DNA from: Entomortierella parvispora E1425
Lineage: Eukaryota > Fungi > Mortierellomycota
Reading direction: 5' to 3'
DNA length: 64,000 bases
Assembly: GCA_020891255.1 (NCBI GenBank)
Contig: BQFW01000010.1
Coordinates: 930,001 to 994,000 of the forward strand
The position numbers were made by a program, and so were the translations under genes. The notes beneath the pieces are model-generated. The model ran no database searches. It was not told the origin of the DNA and saw nothing but the letters and a program-made list of their open reading frames with translations. Positions within the stretch are counted from its first letter, which is position 1. Each line of letters opens with the position of its first letter. Of the stretch, positions 22,513-36,552 are shown piece after piece.

Positions 22513-25500
22513 TCAAGCCTGGATAGGCTCTGCGAAAGAGAAGCAAGATGCATTGGCAAGAATAGCCAAAGACCGGATCTTGGCAAGGACCTCGGTTGAT
22601 TCGAGAACGGACGCTGGCAGAGCAGGGTATGACATGGGTAGATGCTACATTTTTTTTCATCATCGTTGAGAAAAGTTAGAAAAAAAAAGGACGAAAGCGC
22701 AGCTTGTATATTGCAAGTCATTTTGTTCTTTACCTTTGGCTCTGTAAAAGCCACATGCGCCTTGAGAATGATGTGGCACAGTGCAAAGCGAATCATAAAC
22801 TGTCGCAAGAATTCATCCTGAAGGAATCTCCTCAGTGATTTATCTAATTAATGAGGAATGTTAGAACTGCTCATTGAGACTGATATCTAATACGAAAATA
22901 TAGCTAGCACTGAAATTACCAAGAGATGCTGCTGCCATGAGCTCGGCGATCTTGCCTTCGGCCTGCGTAATAAGTCCTGCACACTGCTCCCAGGTATCTG
23001 GGCTTATTTGAGCAATACCAGAAATAAAACTAAAGGCCAGCAAAGGCGCATGCAAGAATAGCGTAAACAATCCTCCGACTTGAGAAGTATCTATACAGTC
23101 ATCGATGTATGAACTGTTAATACGGCCATCAAGTAATCAGATACCGTTCCTCGCGACCAAGATAACTAGTTTTACCTGGAATAGAGGCAGGATATTCTGC
23201 GGGTGAAAGCAAGCTCATATATGGATGATTGAAAACTCGAGGCATGTCCTAAATGTATTCCGCCGCGGATTAGTATCCATGTCAAACGATGCACTTGCGG
23301 TTCATTCGAATGGAACATTGACCCTGTCTTACCGCAAACGCAACACTGTTGTTGCTGTCTACAATAAGGAACATAGGTTTTCTTGTAAAAGGCAACAAGT
23401 CTCCTGGGTGTAAGCAATGGCTGATGCTCTGCTGTTCCTGATCAGCATTGTCCACGACTTTACGTGAGTTTGTCAAGATTCCGCCATGGTAGCCTGTTGA
23501 AAGAAGTGTAAGAGAGCCATCAGAATTAAGCGACGACGGATATACAGCTTACAAAATAAAGTACAAACCTTTTGCGCCAGAGTTGTCGGGAACTGAGCGT
23601 TTTGATCCGTCGGCAGATATGTAGATCAGCAATGCCGAGTCGCTGGATACCTCCTATAATGATGCGTTGAACTGTTAATTCTGTGAACAAACCCTATATC
23701 TGCAAGCTCCACCCCCAGACATCTACCTTAAATGCAGTAGCAAGATAGACCATCAGCTGGCTCAACGTGGGCCTGTAGAGCAGATATTTATGAGGGTTCG
23801 AGCGCTTGACAGACTTTTCAGATTGACGTCTCTGGGCAACAGTTGACTCTTCAGCGGATTCATCCTTGACAGGTGCGTTCAATCCAGCGTCGACATTAAC
23901 CCCTCCTGTTGCAGAGGAAACCGCGCTGAGTCCATTGTCTTTGGAGCCATTATCTGTTGCTCTAATTTGCGAAGTTTCTCTTTCTAGAGGTGCATAACTA
24001 TGTTAGCAAGGCACGGTCCCTTACAAAGAACATTGTAGGATTTGGATACCCACCAAGGGACTGCAGTATCCGGTACATATCGATGGTAAGCTCGGAAAAC
24101 TTGATCTGATGAAGAGGCAGCATGTATTAGAGCTAGGCGAGGCAAGTTGGTTCCCAGAAAGATATTATACAATTATACATGGAACTGAAGGATACCTGGT
24201 TATGAGCGTTGCCAATCAATATGGCTTCCTGAAGTCTCATTTTTGTAGAAGATGACCCGTCTTTGTCCAAAGCTGCAGCGACAATTGGACTAGTTTGAAG
24301 ACGCCTAGTCACAGGCAAGTACGTTCCATTGGAGTTGACGGGATGCAGCTTTTTCTCCGCCTTGAGATAAATAAAGTGGAGGCTTATTAGAGCCGGGTAC
24401 AACGTGCACTTTCACTACACGATACAGCTGAAGGCATACATACATCTGTGAAAGAAGATATTTCCTGAAGCACAAGCTGCCACTCTGATGCATCTGGTGG
24501 CCTGTACATGGTGACATACTCGTTCACAAGCGCTGCAAGTTCGTCCTTAAGGGTCGAAATGATATCGCGGTTGTTGAGTAGCAAACAGACAACTGTGAAT
24601 CTGGCGTAGTAACGCAGCTTTTTGATCATCAGCGCCGAACTAGAAGGTGTTTTGTGCCAATGAATACACGTGAGCAATTGAGGATAACACAATAAGTACA
24701 GTTGCACTTTGCCTTGCATCCATCACGTCTTACCTCTTGATTTCCGAAATCTCGTTAAAATATCTTCGCTCTCGGATAGCATCGTAAAACACATACGACT
24801 CCTGAAGATAGTTCGTCTCACTTGTACGCAGGCTGTGGGGAAAGGAGGGGTTGTAAAGTTCAAAAGGGTAAATGGTGGAATCATCTACCCAGATTTCCGA
24901 ACGTCTTCAACAAACCGGGACTGTGACTAACTTACTAATAATGGTAATACAGCTGTCCAATCTTGGATGCAATTTCTCCAACTTCCCATCGCTTCAATCC
25001 ATAGCTGTTCTCGAGGACAAACCTGTGCGGTTTCGGAGGGAAATCATGCGCATCAATTTAGTCACAAGAACCTTAATGCAGAGCACGATACAACATATCG
25101 GTAACAGCATCAAAACAAAGGGCAAAGGACCCTTCTCTTTTCCTCAAGAAGCTCACCTGTTTTGCTGTTGAAAACGCCAGAGCTGCAATGTTGGATTACA
25201 ACAGGAAGGGAAAGCACAAGATGTCAGAAAATTGGGTGACCTGTGCCAAGCAAAAGCAACGGCATGTCGGATAAATCAAGATTTCCCGCTGTTCCAGTGG
25301 GTGTGTCGTCCTGCAAAAGATCAAGTCTACCTTGGAAAAGATCTCGAACGTTTTTTGAAAGTACGGCTGCCACTGTTTCGCCCCTGTAGGGGGAAGATCT
25401 CTGCGTGCGTGTACGTGCCGATGCAAGAAGAATGAAGAGTTGATCAGATAGTATGTTCAATCAGATACTCCAAGCAGCATTATCTCCGTGAGAAGATCTC

Positions 25501-25911
25501 TATTGTCAAACAAAATTTACCTAAGGCCCGCAAAGAGCTGCTGACTCTTTTCCAAAAGGTACTGGAACTCCTCAACCTAGAAAAACATCACCGGGGTTTG
25601 CATGAAAGAATAGGTTGGCACTAGAGATAAATAGCTCAAAACTGGCTGGAAGACTGAATGGCGGGAAAGCTGCTGCAAGAGTATAAACTTACGACAGTCT
25701 GGTTTTGACGAGCAATGGCTTCGGCAGTGACGGCATTTGTGGAGACAACATCTTCTGGCAAGGGTTCAGATGAGACAGGAGCCCCAGAGACGGTGGCCAT
25801 GTTGTTGTTGTTGTTGTTGTTGTTGTTTGGGGATGCAGCTTGAACAGGAAGAGATGAATTTGGGGTCGGATTCGCACCCGATGTAGCAGGGGGGTTGGAA
25901 GACGAGTCCAT
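22513..25911 (-). CDS. SCAI: SCAI (suppressor of cancer cell invasion) homolog, many exons
   Basis: Exons give RDLPPTGAKQWQPYFQKTFEIFSK, KKLRYYARFTVVCLLLN...EWQLVLQEISSF, NPHKYLLYRPTLSQL, HCLHPGDLLPFTRKPMFLIVDSNNS, FTLFLHAPLLAF and DEFLRQFMIRF, all recognisable SCAI blocks. Confidence 0.88.
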
Positions 25912-26635
25912 TGCACAGGGAGAAATGAATGTGGAAAGGTGACTTTGAGGAGAGCTGTCCTGAGTTAAGAGGCAGACCGTGCAGGAGCAGATGTCAAAGG
26001 TGCGACAAGGGCGAGATGGATGCACAAGGTAGGGTCCAGAGGGTAGGGGAGGGAAATGCAAGGACATGACATGCGCGCAATGGACGACGTTTGCCACCAG
26101 TGGCACACGTGATATGATGTTGAAAGCGGGCCACGCGTGGAGGACGCGCCCAGGAGTGAGAGCAACGATGATATTTTACAAGTTCTGGCTGTTGCTGCCA
26201 CCTGGGAAAAGCCGACCCGGAAGTTATTACCCGAGAATTGGCCGATCTTTTTAAGCCACACGAGTGGGCGCAATTATGTCGATCCAACGGAGCAATCAAG
26301 GTCGGTCTGAGAAGGAAGATTAGACCGAGACGGAATGGACGTTTGCAAACAAAAATCATGACCATGTAGTCTGTTGGGGTCCAATCGCAATGACAAAGGT
26401 CCAAGGAGGATTTCAAAGTCATCCCCAGGCAACATGGGAATGACCTCCTGCCTTGACCGCTTTTGGCAACTGCTCCCCCTGTATTTAACCCTCACCCCCA
26501 TTCGTTTTTTTCTTTGTTATCCGCACGGCCTCTTTTATTTTAGTTAGGACTCTCATTGGCAGCCTATCAATCTTCAACTCAATTCTGTTCCAGTAGCCGA
26601 TCCCATTTCATTCTTCAACACCGCCTACTTCCGAT

Positions 26636-28497
26636 ATGAAGTTGATCCCGCTTACCATTAACTTTGCCCCCTCGCTGGCATCCTCTGGAACTCGCTCCCC
26701 ATGTGCCATCTCCCCCACCCCTGCCTCTCTGTCGCGTCCTCGTCGCACAGAGATTGTGCTCAACTTGTTTCGTGCGCTCACAATCGTTTTTTCGGTTGCC
26801 AGTGTGGCAGTATTTGTCATTGTCGCGACAGGTCCTTCTTCTGTGAAAGGGAAGGAGCCCGTCGCAGTGCTGGACCCGGCCCCTTCATTTCAATCAGGAC
26901 ATCATAATGAATACACGATACCTCCGACAATCGATCCTCCAGTACACATCTTTCAATCCGACGCTGCCGCCGCCCATCAGTCACTGACCGAGAACGCCAT
27001 GGTCATGGTCACTAACGACATTACAGTTCTCGACAATCCGGAGTGTGACACGTACTGCCAGAACCAGAATTTGATTGATGCGCTGTCCCATATTGCCTTC
27101 TCGAAACGTCGCTACTCGAAACGATCAGAGAGCTCGACCGCTACCTTGGAGTTGGAGTCGATCAGCGATGAGGATCCTATTGTGCAGGAGCGGACTGTCG
27201 ACTTTATGAAGAGATCCAACATCTATCCAGAGGGTGAGGGTGAAGTTACCAAAGAGTTGGCAAACAAGAAGAAGGAGAAGAAGGAAAGTAAAGAAAACAA
27301 GAAGAGCAAGGAGGGCAAGGACGAGAAGAAGGACAAAAAGGACAAAAAAGAAAAGGATAAGAAAGAGACAGTGTCAAAGCAGGATACTAGTATCAAGGAG
27401 GACACACCCCAGGCTCTCATCCGCCTCGAACCTATTGGCGCCTTCAGTGGCTACTATGGACAAGTCGAGATTGGAAATCCAAAACAGTCATTTGACGTTG
27501 TCTTTGACACTGGCTCTAGCGACCTCTGGATCCCATCTTCCCATTGTAACGAAGAAGGATGTCTTTCTCATCAGCGGTTCAATGGTATCGAGTCAACCAG
27601 CTACGCCACTGAACACCCTCCTCATTCATTTGAGATTGAATATGGCACGGGTGAGGTCGCAGGCGTCATCTCTGAGGACATCATCACTTTAGGAGGTTTG
27701 TCCAGTAAGAAGCCCATACGTTTTGCTGAAAGTCTGACAACCAGTGCCCTGTTTGGACGAGCCGTCTTTGATGGCGTTTTTGGATTGGCGTATCAAGAAA
27801 TGAGCAGCTCGGGTGAAATACCCCCCTTCTTGGCCATGATGCAGCAGCACGCGGTCAAACGTGGTATGTTTGGATTCTACATGGGCAGGGACGAAGGAGA
27901 GCTGTCATTGGGAGGATACGACGGCTCCAGGATCGCCAACAATGACGTGACCTGGTCCAACGTGGTCAAGAAAGGATATTGGGAGATCCAGATGGATAAA
28001 GTCAAGGCCGACAGGACCGATTTCGTGAAGGCACCTGTGAACGCCATTGTGGACACTGGAACGACTCAAATTATCATGCCTGAGGACATGGCACGTCGCA
28101 TTCACGCTCGACACCTCCCAGGATCACGCCACATCCACGACGGTATTTATTCCATTCCCTGCCGCAACAAGAACATGCCCACTCTTCGTTTCCAGATCGA
28201 GGGCAAGATGTATGAGGTCCCTCCAAAGCTCTACACTCTTCAAGAGATCGCACCAGGTCGCTGCATGAGTGGATTCGCAGGCGAGGACGTTGACGGAACT
28301 GCATGGATCCTCGGAGATGTGTTCCTCCGGAGCGTTTATTCTGTAAGTTTGAATGAAAATGTAGTACCAAGGAAGCAGAGAGTCACTCAGTTGCCATTCT
28401 GCAAAAAAAAAAACTAACACGCCACTTCCCCCCACCATAGATCTACGATTTTGACAAGAACCGCGTGGGTTTTGGCAACCTGGCTACCCCGTACTAA
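26636..28497 (+). CDS. Pepsin-family (A1) aspartic protease with N-terminal TM segment and long propeptide
   Basis: Catalytic motifs VVFDTGSSDLW and AIVDTGTT; WILGDVFLRSVYS|IYDFDKNRVGF across intron 28343-28440. Confidence 0.92.
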
Positions 28498-28967
28498 ACA
28501 TGTGCCCTCAAGCTGGTCTTTGGGAGTAGGCACGCACGCACAGATGCACACACTCCCTCTATCTCTTCTATTTCTGCTGTTACATACCTTTGAAATACAT
28601 ATCAAAAAATTTGGTGGCAAAATGACGAAGCCCATGCGACTAGATTGAGAACCCAGCGTCACAGTTTTTTTTTTGAACGTCCGAGCGTCATAAGCCACAA
28701 GATTAATTTTTTGCATCCGCCATAAAAGACAAGCCAGGCCTGGTGTTTTTTTTCTCCTTCTCTTTCGCACATTCCACAAAGGTACATGCTCAATCCCAGG
28801 ACCAACATTCAGCATTGCCATTTCGGATCTCAATCGCTGGACAAGGACCAATATGCTATCAGCAACGGGCTTGTATTCGCAAGGACTATAAGGAACACTT
28901 GGACTCACCATTTTTCTGGATCTCGATTCTCGGATCTATTTTCACATTCAATCTAGAATTATTCAAA

Positions 28968-29709
28968 ATGGGTCGCATGCACAGCGGTGGTAAAGGTATT
29001 TCGAGCTCTGCTCTCCCCTACAAGCGTTCTCCTCCTTCGTGGTTGAAGACCTCCCCCGAGGATGTCTGCGACTCGATCTTCAAGCTCGCCAAGAAGGGTA
29101 TGACCCCCTCCCAGATCGGTGTCATTCTCCGTGACTCCCAGGGTATTGCCCAGGTCAAGAACGTTACCGGTAATAAGATCCTCCGTATCTTGAAGTCCAA
29201 CGGTCTCGCCCCCGAGATCCCCGAGGATTTGTACCACTTGATCAAGAAGGCCGTCTCTGTCCGCAAGCACTTGGAGCGCAACCGCAAGGATTGCGATGGC
29301 AAGTTCCGTCTCATTTTGATCGAGTCCCGTATCCACCGTCTTGCCCGTTACTACAAGACCGCTGGCCAGCTCCCTCCTACCTGGAAATAGTACGAACTAC
29401 ATGCCTTGATTGATTTGATGTTTATGTTTTGCGTTTTTGCTTTCAGTTTTGCTGCGTTCGTTTTGATTGCAAGATCAAAACAAACCCAAATTGGACAATA
29501 CGTCAGAGTTTTTACGGGGAGACGATACGCTGAACCTGGAGTTGAAGGGATAGACCCTTTTATGGGTCCTGTTCTTTCTCTTCCATGAGTTCAATGTAAT
29601 CGAAAGCCTGCTCGGTATTCGTTCTTCTTAACTGTGTAACCTTCGTCTCTTACTGTTTTTCTTTCTTTTCTACAGCGAGTCCGCCACTGCCTCCGCCCTC
29701 GTCGCCTAA
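28968..29709 (+). CDS. RPS13: 40S ribosomal protein S13 (uS15), 2 exons
   Basis: [18 protein letters not shown]...[17 protein letters not shown]...PPTWK|[11 protein letters not shown]; intron 29390-29675. Confidence 0.98.
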
Positions 29710-30353
29710 ATCATCGTCCTCAAGCTTTGGTTTTCCCGTTCGATGTCGTTTCGGTTCCGCGCCTTTCAATAAAGATGACGATCACGATCGACTTCTCTCT
29801 TTGAACACTTTTTGTCTCCTATTAGAACTGTGTGTATGGATCAAGGCAACAAGAACAGGATGCACAGGACAGCAAAAGGGAGTAGCGATTGCGTAAATGG
29901 AAGTTGTATCTTGCTCTGAATGTTTGTGTATTGTTCTTTGCAATTGAAATGAGGTTGTTATTTTGTGGGAGGTGTGATGACAGCATATCACTTACCCGAG
30001 AACAAAACCATGTGGTCATTTTGTATTTACACTGCCTGACCTCTCACAAAACAACCTCAATATTCTTTTGCGGACAATTTGCCAACTGCAAGGAGTTTGG
30101 ATTGATTTCATGTTATGTCCTTGCTGGCCCTTTGTCTTTCCTGGTGTGTCCTGTTTTTTTGCTTATTTTGTGGTGTGATTGTTACATTGCAATATGGCAA
30201 AAGGGGGTTGCGTGGGGAATGCAAAGTGTCGTGGGGGTGATCATGGTTGAATGGTTGAATTTGCTGAAACAATAAAGATTCAAGTTCAATACCCTCATGC
30301 AAATCTCCTGAAATGCCGATTGTCGTGCTAAAATGCAGTCACTTTTATCCAAG

Positions 30354-33300
30354 ATGGAGGCAGTTTGCTGCGATGCATTTCCCCTCTGAATGCATTCCCA
30401 GACCATCAACCTTTGTACCAGGAGCAGGACTTGGACAAAACGGCCAGCAGGACAGAGACATAGCGATGCAAGCCTTTTCCGCACAACTCGACCAGGTCCT
30501 CGGTGACGCTGACCTCAAAGTATGAAGGGCATGGAGTTACGCAATGGAAACAACACGGCGCGGTTCGTGAATGCTAATAGCGTCACTCTCCATTTTTCAT
30601 TTCCTGTTCAACAGAGCATCACATCGGTGCCTGATGGAGATAGCTTTTTCGGGTATGAATTATTGCATGGATGGATGAACAGAAATTGAGCCGGTGTATG
30701 AAATGGCCATTTAACAAACCATTTGTCTCTACCGTTATAGGTTCTTTCAGGCGCCAGCACCAAAGAAGAGACGGTTGAATTCTGCCATGCCTTGGAAAAA
30801 ATATCTCTCGGATCCAGACAATTCCAAGTGCCTCTCCATGCTGGCGGCCGAGTTCCTTAAAGTCAGCAAATACCTTGATAACGTGGTATGTCAATGTCAC
30901 AAATGTGAGGGGTCGTCGATATGTGGCTACCTTCCGACACTGACGCGTCTTTTTTTTTTTTTTTTTTACTAAACGAAAAACAACAACAACCAGAACGAGC
31001 CGCTCACATTTCTCTTTCAGGCATACCACAACTCCTTGCAATCACCAGCCAAGTCGGCTTTCCTGCTCGCCCTTCTGTACAACATCTTTCTTCCAAACTC
31101 GACCCTTCCTCTCTACGATCGGATCAAATCGCCAATATCGCTGAGCAGATCTTTTGTTCAGTTGACCCAATACTTGGATGTGTCGAATCAGTTTCAATGG
31201 ATCGGGACCATGTCGTTGCTTCTCAGATGCCTTCGTCAACCCGACTGCGAGACCATCCCCTCTGATACCTCAGTGGCCATCGTGACGTCGCTCCTCAAAA
31301 AAATCAACCTTCTTCCATTGAACTGTAACCAGGATCAACGGGAGTGTGCAACAAAGGGACTGGAGGTCATTCGGGCATTCCTGGAGATCCCAAGTGCCGC
31401 AAAGACCTCGCACGTCACATACTACGACCTTCTTCGTGAGGTGAGCATCAAAACTGCATTCATCGGATCCATCTGACTATTATGTGGCCTTGGACTCTAA
31501 TTCTGTACCTCTTGCGATTGCTATTATTAGATCCCTCAAGTGTTTCCCCCAGGAGTTGTTGTGCACTGGACGTTGGAATCCTTTATGAACCATCTTCAAC
31601 GGCGCCGACGAGACTTGGCGTCGCTTGTCATGCCTCCAGATGCCTCATGGCCATTGATCTCGCAAGTTAGTCGTCAGCATGAGTTTACGAACCTTTCACA
31701 GAGACCCAGTCATATGATGTTTGCGGCAGACTATGTAAGAACTTGTATTCTTTCGCAATTAATTCATTTATGGACGACTGTAACATATCTAACATTGGTT
31801 TGTGATGATGCATTAGGCTGATGGAATGCGGGATGGACATATGACAACCTATGTTAGTTTGTTCGGAGACTTGTTGTATCAACGTGCACCATCAGACGAG
31901 ATCTTCTTCATGATTCGACAACTTCCACACAACCCCACAGGTGTGTCAGCGTTGCGGGAATCGCTCGTTATAAAGACAAGGGATGTCGTTCGCTGCATTC
32001 AGCGACACAGTCGATTCCATGAGTCACGTCAGGCGGACCTCACTGCCCCTGTTTTACCAAACCCAGAAATGATTGTTCCCGACAATATCGACTTCATGGA
32101 ACTCTTGATTGAGCTGTCGGACCAACTTTATGCCTTTGTGGGATCCGAGCTGTCGCAAATTTCCAACATTTACCCTACAGGCTACTCTGTCCTGTACGAG
32201 GATCTCATCGCAGATTATTACGCTCTTACCGTTCCATCAGACAAGGCGCCTGCAGAACTGGAGAAGGACAACACTCTTATTTTCCTGCTCTTGCAACTCA
32301 TTCACATCGAAAAGGTTGGAGGCAAGGACAAACTGCTGATGCAAGACTATGCAGGCGATGAGCATCTCTTCAGACAATTGATCGCCTTGTATAACGAGGA
32401 TCAAGTCAACTCCAAGGATGGATTTTATCTCCGCGATCTAGCTCTACAGTGCGCCATTAATCATCAACAGGGACATATCCGGGACAGGACAATGATGAAA
32501 TTCCGTCACCCAAAACTCGCCGTCATTTGGCCCTATTATTCGCAAGTGTGCTACAATATCCAGTCCTACTTTCTCGCAAAGTACAAGAACAATGTTCAGG
32601 ACACAACCTCGCTCTCCAACCTCTCGACGCAGGAAAATGTCAAGATCGCAATGGAATCACAGCTGAGACAACACATTGTCGCCGGCACGCTCTTTATTTA
32701 CCTCGTCCCTAATTATCAAAGCAAGGAGCCCGAACTGGATCCATCCAACATGTTCCTAATGGGTGGCACTCTAAGCTACAAGTTGTTGGACATGTTGAAT
32801 ATTGACACCAAACACAGGTAAAAGTCGCTGGATCATCGAAAACGATGCTGCGATTGAATGGGCACCAAATCTAATCTTTTCCTTTTATTCGTTCCAGATT
32901 ACTTGGATTAATTTACAAAATGATGTTGGATGGCGAACAAGGACCCCGCTTCCATGGAGATCCACCACCTCAGGTCAAGTTTGTATCGCCCTATGTAATC
33001 GACGTTGTCTACAAGCTGCTCTCCAGCACGCCTTGCTCAGTGGAGCCTGTTATCAAGGTTCTTTTCGACAAGCTCAGGCGTTACGATCGACTGCCCAAGA
33101 CAATGACCGATGTCCCCGCAGAAGTAACCCGATGGCAGTTCACAGTACTGCAGCTCCTCAACTTCCGTTTAATTCGGCCATTGAAGTTCACAGCAACGTG
33201 CGCTCATTTGCTTCATTACATGAAGTTTGCTCTCTCATTGACGAAACATCGCGCACTCCACAACGTGGTGGAAGCCTGCAACCACAGTGCTCTCGGCATC

Positions 33301-36055
33301 CAGACAAGCCACAAGTTCCTTCGCTCCTTGGTGGACAACAAGAGAGAGCGACCCTTCTGGTTTGAAGAGTCAGAAGCTCTAGCCCGCAGAGCCGTACTGA
33401 CAGTGGCCAGAGTGATCAAGCTTAGAGGTCAGGGTGATGCGCCGCTTGGCATTATCACAGAGATCCTACAAATCCTGCACAAACACCCTCTTGTCTGGAC
33501 TGAGGAAATCATGGCCTTCTTCCCCGAGCCAGTCCGCGAGTTTTACCGTGCGCAGGAACAGACTGCCGACGTCAAAGGCATTCCCGGAGCAGTGACGGAA
33601 CAGGAGGTCTCAACGCTGCTCGAAGGCACATCAGTACACAATGTGCTGTTGGTTCCCAAAGGAACAGAGCCAAACACATTCCTGCTTAGCCACTACTCTG
33701 ACATGGCCAACCATCCATTCTTCCTTTGTGTTTTCTGGGAAATTATTATGATTCACCAACAAATCTCAGAGACAATGTTAGAGGATGTCCGCGCCGTGAT
33801 GCTGCAGTTCCCACCCTCTCATATGTCGACATATACCCAGCAACTGATCGACTATGCACTCTGGAAGCTGGATCCTAAGAACCCAACTGCCTCTGGATCA
33901 GTCGACTTTGTTGTCCGGATGTTCGAGGAGCTCGTTTGGAAGTACCAGTTGCTGTCTATTGAGCACACATTGCTAGCGCTGATGACAGGCCATCCTTCCC
34001 GCTCTGGCGACCTGGGATTCAAGATCTTGATTCAAATGACGATCAATTCTTCGGAACTTTCCAACCGTATTTCTCACTGGACTTCGATTGGAATCAGCCC
34101 TCGACCATGGGAAGAAGATGCCTATTATGAAAAACTGCAGCAGTACCTTTCCCGTTATCCAGAGTACTTTGGATTTGAGGCTCATGAAGTCAGGAGTGGA
34201 ACGAATCCAATTCAACCACCACTGGAGATGAGTCTACTCACCAGCTATAACAACGTTCTGCTTCGACTCTTGAACATTTTTGACATGATCATTGGACGGT
34301 TCATCGAGTATCAGATGACGGACACCTTGGTCACTTTCTTGGACAAGTTTGGATGCCTCTACCTGTACCATAACACGCCCATTGGATTTGTCCGCGACAC
34401 TCTTCTTTACTATTATGAATCGCCTACGCTCAGGGATCCGAGAGTAACAAAGGCTCTTCTCAAGCTGATCGATTTTAAGCAAGTGGAGCTTTCTCCAGTC
34501 TTGACCGACTACGCGCAAGAGATGGGCGGTCGATCCGAGGATCTTTTCGATGAATTGTATGTTCACGACATCTGTCGCAAGCTGGCGATCAGCATTGATC
34601 CAAAGGAATGTGGCTACAAAACTGACCCCTCGATGCCTGAGCGCCACTACCGTGAGATTTCCAACCCAGCAACTCAAGGACTCTATGTGGCCATCATTGA
34701 AACGTTGGCATCTCCTATCTCCAAGGAGGTCTTTGTAGCCCAGATGCTGAACCTCATTCTTGGTAAACGCGTTGTTTCCAAATCGACTTCATCGTCGTCA
34801 TCAGGATCAACAGCTTCATCTTATAGTCATGGATCCAGCTCATGCAAGGTTGTCCCAGAAGCAAGAGTGATTCACGCTGCAGGACTTTTACTCTCGGCAC
34901 TACCAAAGGAATTTATGGATATCTTTTTTGTGGAGATCGATGCTTTCACACGAACAGATGAGACCTTGCTTCAGGCATCAACCTTATCCGCAAAGTCAAC
35001 AGCTGCATCGAGAGCTGAAGCCGCCAGAGCAGCACTGAGCCAGCGATCTGCTTTCGCCAACACGACCAACACATCTGGAAGGAAGGGAGCGGACACCCCT
35101 ACCACCCCCACCGCGCCTGCTTCCACGCAGTCCTTCAACTCGACGGGACCAACCACCTACATGCCCGCTAGTTCGAACAAACGAACCACTGCGCAGGACA
35201 TGCTCTTGTCGACGTTATTCACCTGTTATTCAAATAACCGGAACAACTATCGATCCAACATGCCCAACTCATTCCTGACTTTCTTCCATGCGGTCGCCCA
35301 TTACTCTTCTGCGGATATTTTGCTCAGGGTGATGAAGTGTCTGGAAAACTGGCGATTGGGAACATGTCTCCCACCACCTCAAGGATCGAGTCTGTTAAAC
35401 TACAACAACCATGGTGCGTCGTCCCTTATTCGATTCAACGACCAGTATGATTCTTTGCGGGACGAGAGTATCGAGGACCGCCACGTCACACCTGAGCCCG
35501 TGGATGAGAATGGAATCTCCCTAGAGGAACCCAATGGACAAAAGAGAACGGCCCATGGCTTGGATCCGATCCAAGAAAATGAAAAAGAAGACGGACCCAA
35601 AACCGAGGATGGGGAACCCGTCAGGATGAAGAAGAACCAGAGTATTAGGACGGATGTGCAGATTCTCTTTATTTGTGGATTGATCGGCCCCTTGGTCCAT
35701 CGGTTTGAGAAACTGCAGATCGGTGGCACAACAGGCTATTTCCTTGTCGTGTTGGTGGAGTTGTTTGCTATGATTACGGATCAGTTGGAGGTGGCGGCAA
35801 CACCAGGCTTGAGCACCTTTGAGCAAATCATTGATTTCATGTAAGTGTGTTTTTTTTTTTTTTAAAATTTTTTTTTTTTTTTTTTAAATTTTTTTTTTTT
35901 TTAGAGATGCGATTCTGATGCTCCCTCTTGTTTTGTTGTTTAGTCACCATGTCCGAGCACACATTCCCAAGGATCCAGATACAAGTGCTAGACTTGCCCT
36001 TGTCCTCAAGGGAGTACGACCTTGGATCCAAGGACGCCTTGGAAGTATCGTGTAA
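30354..36055 (+). CDS. MED23: Mediator subunit MED23 homolog (multi-exon; first exon not located)
   Basis: Blocks FEESEALARRAVLTVAR, HPLVWTEEIMAFFP, FEELVWKYQLLSIEHTLLALM, YYEKLQQYLSRYPEYF, YNNVLLRLLNIFDMIIGRFIE, LDKFGCLYLYHNTPIGFVRDTLLYYY and final exon IIDF(I)HHVR match metazoan/plant MED23 motifs. Confidence 0.82.
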
Positions 36056-36552
36056 CGTCTGTGCGCACGTGTGTAAAGAAAGAAAAGAAAGAATAAATAA
36101 ATCGTACCATAGAGATGTTAGAGAACCAAAGGGGAGATCCTTTCCCCGACATGCAAAGTCTCCCTGGGATGCCTTTTTTGGAACCTTGATGATGATGTGA
36201 ACATGCAGCGAACAGCATTGGTACGATAGGAGGGATCGACGTGAGACAGACCCTGAAGTCCCAAAAATGGCTGCGATGAATGATCGACGGGATCGGATGG
36301 CCGTTTTTTCAGGGTAAGCGACCAGAGAGTATATTCTTTAAACCCTTACCCTCCTGTCTCTACCGCAGCATTAACACTTTGCTCTCTTTTCCTTATCCTG
36401 CGCATCACATTTCTCTTTCCAACTCCTCTTACCTACAGTTAGTTTTCGTTCTTTCTCTCACCCCTCTCTCCAGCAACTGAGTGCGTTGCGAATACGGACC
36501 TTCCCCAAACGAAAGCAAGCCCAGCTCGAGCAGAAAGAATAGTTTAGTCAAC

